Shown: positions 58,410 through 64,000 of the stretch, in pieces
How positions within the stretch are numbered: position 1 is the first letter of the stretch
Layout: every line of letters starts with the position of its first letter
NCBI GenBank assembly: GCA_019057385.1
Contig: JAHQJS010000007.1
Span: forward strand, 715,685-779,684
DNA from: Candidatus Borrarchaeum weybense
Lineage (GTDB): Archaea > Asgardarchaeota > Sifarchaeia > Borrarchaeales > Borrarchaeaceae
Length of the DNA stretch: 64,000 bases
Direction of reading: 5' to 3'
Position numbers and translations under genes: made by a program
The notes under the pieces: model-generated
What the model was told of the DNA's origin: nothing
Databases searched by the model: none
The model's input: only the letters and a program-made list of their open reading frames with translations

Positions 58410-59339
58410 TCAATCCGGAGCGTGTCCTGCATTAAGTGTAAGACTATCTAATTCTACTGTGGTACAGTAGGGAATATATCCTTTCTCCTTTGCAAGTGTA
58501 TAAGCTTCATCAATATAATCCTGCTTATTACAATAGTCAACTGTCAAGACAAGTTTATTTTCAGCTACAACCAGATCCAGATACGTCTCGATTGCGTCCC
58601 TATGATGTGTAGAAGTTCGAATATTTGTAGCCTCAAAGTATACTTCTTCTCGCCCTATTCCAGTCAATGCATTGAGATAATTCATATTTTCGACGAGTTC
58701 TTCTGCATTTTGGGCAAAAATTCCAAAATCTTTCGCACCTTTCGTCCTATGAGCATAATCTGCAATGGCAATAATAAAATTGATCATATCTTCTCGTGCA
58801 TTTGAATATCCCTTTTCTTCATAATATTGGTACGCGTCAATAATGTCTAAGTACACACCATCAAATCCTGCATCTATGATCTTATCTAAATAGCTATTTG
58901 GCGAGCCAAAAATAATATTTTGCCATTTCTCGTCCCAATATTTCACCTTGTAATTTCCTTCCCAATTGGGATTTACTTTATCTAACCATTCAGGTGCGCC
59001 CGGTTTCCAACCATCTTGCCAATAATATCGATAATCCTCAGCTTCACCGATGCTTAGATATGCGATGATTAACTTAGAGCCTCCAGGACCTCCTTGTAAA
59101 GAAATTATATCATTTCGGGTAAATTCACCAGAAGCCTCCCCATTAACAGAATAGTCTAAAACAAGCAAGTCAAATTTTGTCGTACGTGTTTCATCTATAT
59201 TGATATTCTGTAGTTGATACCCCCAGTCATTTATACCCTTCCATTTATTTGAGACTTGTATTTCTTGTACAATATGATAAGATGTTAATATGAGTGAAAA
59301 AATTGCTAAGAAAAGGATGATTGGGTATCTTCGTTTCAT
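58410..59339 (-). CDS. MJ1477/TM1410-family putative glycoside hydrolase (GH114-like)
   Basis: WGYQLQ, AYLSIGEAEDYRYYW, GFDGVYLDIID, QNAEEL; N-terminal anchor. Confidence 0.9.
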   Translation of the reverse strand: MKRRYPIILFLAIFSLILTSYHIVQEIQVSNKWKGINDWGYQLQNINIDETRTTKFDLLVLDYSVNGEASGEFTRNDIISLQGGPGGSKLIIAYLSIGEAEDYRYYWQDGWKPGAPEWLDKVNPNWEGNYKVKYWDEKWQNIIFGSPNSYLDKIIDAGFDGVYLDIIDAYQYYEEKGYSNAREDMINFIIAIADYAHRTKGAKDFGIFAQNAEELVENMNYLNALTGIGREEVYFEATNIRTSTHHRDAIETYLDLVVAENKLVLTVDYCNKQDYIDEAYTLAKEKGYIPYCTTVELDSLTLNAGHAPD

Positions 59340-59660
59340 TAATTTTCCCTATTCATTTTTTAAGATAAATATATATCAGAGAATTATATGAGAGAGAATT
59401 GAGATTTTTTTCATATAAAAGCAACAAAATATTAACGCCTTTTATTCCTGTAGGCAACGTAAAGGCACTTTCACGAAAGCGCGCTCTTATTTACTACAGC
59501 TTATAGTTTTCTTAATATCAGTATTTCAAGGCATAAGTTCTTATAAAGCTAGCTGAGACTTATATTCCATTAAATTACATAGCACAAAATGCTAGATTTC
59601 GTCAAACGGGTCAGCGACAAAGAAATATAATGCAAGGTTGTATCTGAGGGGGTTGCCAAG

Positions 59661-60785
59661 TTGATGATCTTCATAAGAGATTTTACCAAGAGGATTATTT
59701 CAGGGGTTGCATTCTTAAGAAAAAAGATTAATCAATATATTGAAATATGGATTTCGATAGTCACAATAACATACATTATTATAATGCTATTCATCACTAG
59801 AAGAGCGCTTATCCTTCACGATTTGAATACAGCGATTTTATATCTATCTTTATTTGCGATTTGGCTACCAGTTGTGTGTATTATTGCGCTTTCAATCACA
59901 AATAGAGGTTTTTTTATCAAGATTCTAAAGACTAAAATATTTATAAACCAAATCAGTGCTGCAGCAACTTATCTTGCTCTATTTTATGGATTTTTAAATG
60001 ATATTGTTATTTTCGCTCTGTCTCCGCCTTTCAATTTATATTTACTTTCCGTATTTTACGGAATGGCTGCTATAACTTTTTTTAAAGGGTTTTATGACCT
60101 TTATACTGAAAGACATTGTCTTTTAAGAGAATATATCCTTTCTAAAATTTCGGACATTATTTTGAAAATGAAACGACATGTTGTTATTATAGGACTCGGA
60201 ACTCTTTGTCAGATGACAATTCTTGAGTTAATTCGCCGACAGATTCCTTACTTCTCTAAAAGTCCGAAAAAGGGAGTCTTTAATAGAATTTTAAATCGGC
60301 TAATTAGTTTCAAAAATCCTATTGAAACGACGATTTACATCAGTCCTCAAGAAAAACGAAAAATTTTAACAAAGGTCCTCATTGTTGATGAGAAATCGAA
60401 AGATGTTACATCAATCGGAAGACATGGTGTACTAGACATGATTGGATATGCCGAGGTAGGTGATTCTGAACATTGCGCACCTGTTCTAATCGGTAATATG
60501 GATACTGAAACGATTAAGTATAGATCAAATATTAGCACTGCAAAATTCGTTATATTAACAGCCGACAGTTTTCAAACTGGTTTATATCTAGCTAGATTAA
60601 TAGAAGAAACCGATAAAATTAAAGGAATAATCCGTGCAACCTCAGCTAGTCAAATTGAATTGCTTTACAAATATGCAGAAGAGGCGATTCAGTCACAAAG
60701 ATTGCACATATTCTATCCACAACAATTTCTTGGAATGAGACTTGCGGCAAAAGCAAAATTATTGTACGCTGGGGATAAAATATGA
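59661..60785 (+). CDS. Membrane protein with TrkA-N/RCK-like Rossmann domain
   Basis: Four N-terminal TMs; RHVVIIGLGTL, VLIVD, NISTAKFVILTAD. Confidence 0.65.
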   Translation: MMIFIRDFTKRIISGVAFLRKKINQYIEIWISIVTITYIIIMLFITRRALILHDLNTAILYLSLFAIWLPVVCIIALSITNRGFFIKILKTKIFINQISAAATYLALFYGFLNDIVIFALSPPFNLYLLSVFYGMAAITFFKGFYDLYTERHCLLREYILSKISDIILKMKRHVVIIGLGTLCQMTILELIRRQIPYFSKSPKKGVFNRILNRLISFKNPIETTIYISPQEKRKILTKVLIVDEKSKDVTSIGRHGVLDMIGYAEVGDSEHCAPVLIGNMDTETIKYRSNISTAKFVILTADSFQTGLYLARLIEETDKIKGIIRATSASQIELLYKYAEEAIQSQRLHIFYPQQFLGMRLAAKAKLLYAGDKI

Positions 60786-62782
60786 ATTTTGAAATAGAAG
60801 CCAATGGAAATGGATATGAATCCTCCCTCGAAAAAACTGTAGCGTACGAAATTTTAAATGCTCTTATTAAAATTGATCTAAATCAATTGACACCCACAGA
60901 AGTGATGTGCAAACTCAGTGAATTAAAGGAAAGACTAAAAAAAGAAGATCGCATAAAAGAAACTAAAGTTGGCATCCCAAACCTTCTACCCATTTTTGGC
61001 TATGGAACTCTGACTCATTATCTACTAGAGACTCTAATTTGTCAAGAATGGATCTCAACTAAAGAGCTTAAAATAGTGCCTATTATAGTCTCGCAATCGG
61101 ATATCTTAAGAACAAGAAAATTAAATTCCGAAACTAAGAACTTTATTGATTTAGGAAGTTCATTAAAGCCAGAATTAAAAATACCATGGAAATTAGAACG
61201 TTTTGTCACTAGATTTTATAAAGCGGGAATGTTCGGTATTCCTTTGTTATTTCAGAAACCTTACCGAAATACAGTAATCCGAGAAATCCTAGTTTGGGAT
61301 AAGATTAAGCTAGCAATAATTTCAGCAGTTAATACTCAATCTATTTCAGAAATCTTTCAGAAAATTTCAAGCATGAGAGAAATAAGTGAAATGCATCATT
61401 TTGAAATTTTAATCTCTCCAAGAGGTTTTGATGATGAAAAACTTGCTGAATCGGCGTTATTCACAAATAATACTGACTGTAATCTATGGCACTCAAATTT
61501 TATCTCTTCAAATTATGCAGAAACAGCTAAAGAATTAAGTGAACTGGTTCATGTATATATACCTCAAACTGGTCAAAAGGAAAAGATATCACGTCGTAAA
61601 TTTGCTTGTTATATGTGCATAGATGATGTTCCAGGCAGTCTTGAATGTATTTTATTAAAGCTCTTACATCCTAACCTTCAAATCATAGACGAATCAAAAA
61701 AGAAAGATCTTTATCCTATTATTCATTATTTAAGAGTGCAGTTCTGCGGCAATCGGTATTTTTGCGGAGATGATAGAAGTGGTTTTGTAGATGGTTTTTT
61801 GTCTTTTATGCCTTTAAAGGAACCCATAAATTACAGATATACGCTTTCAACAGAAAAAGATCGGAAAGAAATATCGTCTATCTTTAAAGAACGGCTTGAA
61901 CGGCAACTTGAACCGCAATTCTCAGAAGAGGCAGAAGAAAAAAGTATGAAAACAAATCTTAATTCTGAAAAGAGACCTTCCTTACAAGAAAATTGGTCTA
62001 AGCGGAATCTAGAATGTAAAGAACAACCCCACTGTATAATCAATTTTTCAAAGCCTTCATTCAAGGGAACAGTTGAAAAAATTCTAAAAGATTCCTCTAG
62101 AGATGATTCAAAAGAAATTGTTGCTCATATAATGGCTTGTGTTAATGGAGATCCTGGTGCCTTTCTTACATTTCTTTTAGCCTTAAATCAAAAGTCTATC
62201 AAAGAAGACGAAAAACATACGAAAGATATAATGAACATCGAATATCTTACCTCTGCGAATTGTGCGTTTCCAGGCAAAACAGTTAATCTTCAAATAATCG
62301 GAACTCTAGAATCCGTAGAAAAAGGGGTTATAAAGGATTTGAAAGAAGCTCTTAATGCCGTTTACATTTTTACTCACAAAGATAACAGCGAATATATAGA
62401 AGAGAATCTTATAAAAGATTTATACGAACTTCTTAAAAAGAATGAAAATGAAACAGGAGAAGCTGCCAACAATTATAACGAGAATCTAGCTTTTGAATTG
62501 CATTTTCTAATGTATCCTGAAAAGTTAAGCGATAAATATCATGTTTATGCTGCTTATAAAAAACAAAATCAAAGTATGAACAAAACTGAAACCAGAGAAC
62601 AATATGATTGTATCTCAAAATATGAAAAGATCTTAAATTCTAATAAAGAAGAAAAAACAAAACGATCCCATGACAAAAGAACGATTTGTAAATTAACTAG
62701 AATAATCAATGCATTAATTGAAAAACTTGAAAAGATCAAAAGAAGAAAAGAAATTCATGATGGGGAATTCATCAAATTATAA
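60782..62782 (+). CDS. Hypothetical protein with RCK-like and ACT-like segments
   Basis: IFGYGTL; CIDDVPGSLECIL and VNGDPGAFLTFL; ATGA overlap with the upstream gene. Confidence 0.55.
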   Translation: MNFEIEANGNGYESSLEKTVAYEILNALIKIDLNQLTPTEVMCKLSELKERLKKEDRIKETKVGIPNLLPIFGYGTLTHYLLETLICQEWISTKELKIVPIIVSQSDILRTRKLNSETKNFIDLGSSLKPELKIPWKLERFVTRFYKAGMFGIPLLFQKPYRNTVIREILVWDKIKLAIISAVNTQSISEIFQKISSMREISEMHHFEILISPRGFDDEKLAESALFTNNTDCNLWHSNFISSNYAETAKELSELVHVYIPQTGQKEKISRRKFACYMCIDDVPGSLECILLKLLHPNLQIIDESKKKDLYPIIHYLRVQFCGNRYFCGDDRSGFVDGFLSFMPLKEPINYRYTLSTEKDRKEISSIFKERLERQLEPQFSEEAEEKSMKTNLNSEKRPSLQENWSKRNLECKEQPHCIINFSKPSFKGTVEKILKDSSRDDSKEIVAHIMACVNGDPGAFLTFLLALNQKSIKEDEKHTKDIMNIEYLTSANCAFPGKTVNLQIIGTLESVEKGVIKDLKEALNAVYIFTHKDNSEYIEENLIKDLYELLKKNENETGEAANNYNENLAFELHFLMYPEKLSDKYHVYAAYKKQNQSMNKTETREQYDCISKYEKILNSNKEEKTKRSHDKRTICKLTRIINALIEKLEKIKRRKEIHDGEFIKL

Positions 62783-62877
62783 TATTTCAACATATGAAGA
62801 AGACTATTTAAATATATGTATACAAATAATTATGTATGAGGTATATTTCATACTAGACTCTCTGAAATATTTGTGAT

Positions 62878-63090
62878 GTGTTTAAAATGGGAAAATTTCT
62901 TTTTGTCTACGTATCTCCTGTGTTTGCATTAATCACATTTCTCTTGATAATATTTTCAATTCCGACATTTCCAAACCCTTTACCTATGCTTTCACTTTCA
63001 GGTTTTATTGTCGATGTCAAAATTTTCTTTTATGCTACAATTGCTATGCTTGTTGTATTCTCATTTATCATGATCTTTATTAGACGATAA
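62878..63090 (+). CDS. Small 2-TM membrane protein
   Basis: Two hydrophobic helices, basic end. Confidence 0.5.
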   Translation: MFKMGKFLFVYVSPVFALITFLLIIFSIPTFPNPLPMLSLSGFIVDVKIFFYATIAMLVVFSFIMIFIRR

Positions 63091-63358
63091 TCTTTTAGTT
63101 TTAATTTGTAAAAAAATCACTTTTCGTAGATTTGTAAATGAAATGCCCAGTTATTTGTACTTTTCCATTTATTTGAATCATGTTTTTCTTGTACAAGAAG
63201 ACAAGATGTCAGTATAAGCGAAATTAACCAATACGTGAATGAATGAATCCGCTTCCTTTTTAAGGCCTCTGCCACTTTCAAGAGAATTAGTCAAAATGGA
63301 TTTATGTTTTTAGAGATTATATGATATTAATCAATCATAGTAAATAGGAGAATAAAAG

Positions 63359-63655
63359 GTGAAGGAGAAAAAGAAGGGATACATGCTCCTGGCAGATGGA
63401 AGTATTCATTCAGATTTGGAAGGACCACCAAAGGGACTCTTTGCTCGTGGGTACTTTCAAGATGATAAATTTTTCCCAGAAGGTAACATTGAAGGCGAAG
63501 GACCTCTTGGGGCTTCTGGCTCACCTGGATGGATGGAATTCTTTACAGGCACTTTTTATGGAATGCAGACAAGCCGCCCACCATTTCCACCTTATGTGGA
63601 GGGATATATGACACCTGATGGATTCCAACCATCTTCTAGGCGTGTTGTCTACTAG
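63359..63655 (+). CDS. Hypothetical Gly/Pro-rich protein
   Basis: SD AGGAG + GTG; internally repeated G(Y/W)...F.P pattern. Confidence 0.65.
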   Translation: MKEKKKGYMLLADGSIHSDLEGPPKGLFARGYFQDDKFFPEGNIEGEGPLGASGSPGWMEFFTGTFYGMQTSRPPFPPYVEGYMTPDGFQPSSRRVVY

Positions 63656-63692
63656 GAGATCCAAGGATATAATCTGTAGGATACGATTTAGT

Positions 63693-64000
63693 TCATCTGG
63701 CAAACTCTACTCCCAGTTCCTTTAGCAACTTTGGAGTGGGTATTCCGTTCTCATCCCAGCCTCGAACCTTATAAAACTCGGCAATCATGTGATCAAGCGT
63801 TTCTTGCGGGATTCTTTCTTTGTGATCTTTGAATGACAGTGTTTCTTCCTTAAAACGAGATGGGAGGTCGTCATCAGCACGTGTCAATCCTTGTCGAATA
63901 CTGAATAGGCGACCTAAATTGTAATTACGCTCACCAATTTTTAACATTTCATCTCTATCAATTTCGTATCCAGTCACTGCATTCAATACCTCTCTAATTT
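63693..64000 (-). CDS. Aldehyde:ferredoxin oxidoreductase, C-terminal part (runs off the window)
   Basis: NAVTG..GERNYNL.RLF..DDDLPSRF..FYKVRGWDENGIPT..LKELG. Confidence 0.92.
   Translation of the reverse strand, partial: IREVLNAVTGYEIDRDEMLKIGERNYNLGRLFSIRQGLTRADDDLPSRFKEETLSFKDHKERIPQETLDHMIAEFYKVRGWDENGIPTPKLLKELGVEFAR

Noticed and set aside
59448-59500. Possible hairpin CTGTAG..CTTTCACGAAAG..CTACAG as an ncRNA
   Set aside because: Pairing is weak and interrupted; no second copy or family match.
1012-63703. Many short ORFs antisense to or nested in recognised genes (e.g. 1012-1398, 7736-8092, 25352-25882, 38080-38385)
   Set aside because: Shadow frames of well-supported genes with no motifs or RBS.
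1-64000. CRISPR array, tRNA or rRNA genes
   Set aside because: No regularly spaced repeat-spacer series, cloverleaf/T-loop signature or long GC-rich rRNA-like stretch seen by eye.
1-64000. Genome-wide TAG reassignment or selenocysteine recoding
   Set aside because: TAG ends conserved genes at their expected C-termini (e.g. guaA); only one internal TAG was found, and no convincing in-frame TGA at a catalytic Cys position.

Overview
AT-rich archaeal genomic DNA, most likely from an Asgard archaeon. Support: three tandem Rab-like small GTPases next to a longin-domain protein, an MIT-domain protein, archaeal-type GlyA, ThiDN, THUMP and DUF504 genes, TATA-type promoters and frequent TTG starts. 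Housekeeping and metabolic genes (guaA, mgsA, acs, tag, P-type ATPase, thiW/cytX/thiD, glyA, partial AOR) alternate with accessory blocks. The best candidate for an undescribed system is 37.0-42.2 kb. Four paralogues share one signal-peptide-led, beta-rich extracellular domain, three of them with an acidic DxDGDG loop. Two are free secreted proteins and two are fused via a membrane segment to a cytoplasmic double winged-helix regulator. The three non-regulator genes share a TGTACTAAAA-N3-TTATYAAA promoter, suggesting a homotypic ligand / membrane-tethered transcription-factor circuit. Other notable items: protein-less IS200/IS605 mini-elements that keep a TnpB omegaRNA-type scaffold (one with an extra pseudoknotted module); two stand-alone MCM-N-terminal-like (OB+Zn) paralogues; a fixed-position TTGCGGAGA motif upstream of all three GTPases; an MIT protein apparently fused to a degenerate toxin-antitoxin pair; a Type IIG R-M gene with an inverted alternative C-terminus; a small defence island; apparent ATT start codons; an in-frame amber codon; and deletion scars. 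No tRNA, rRNA or CRISPR array was seen. All family calls are by motif recognition; no database search was run.
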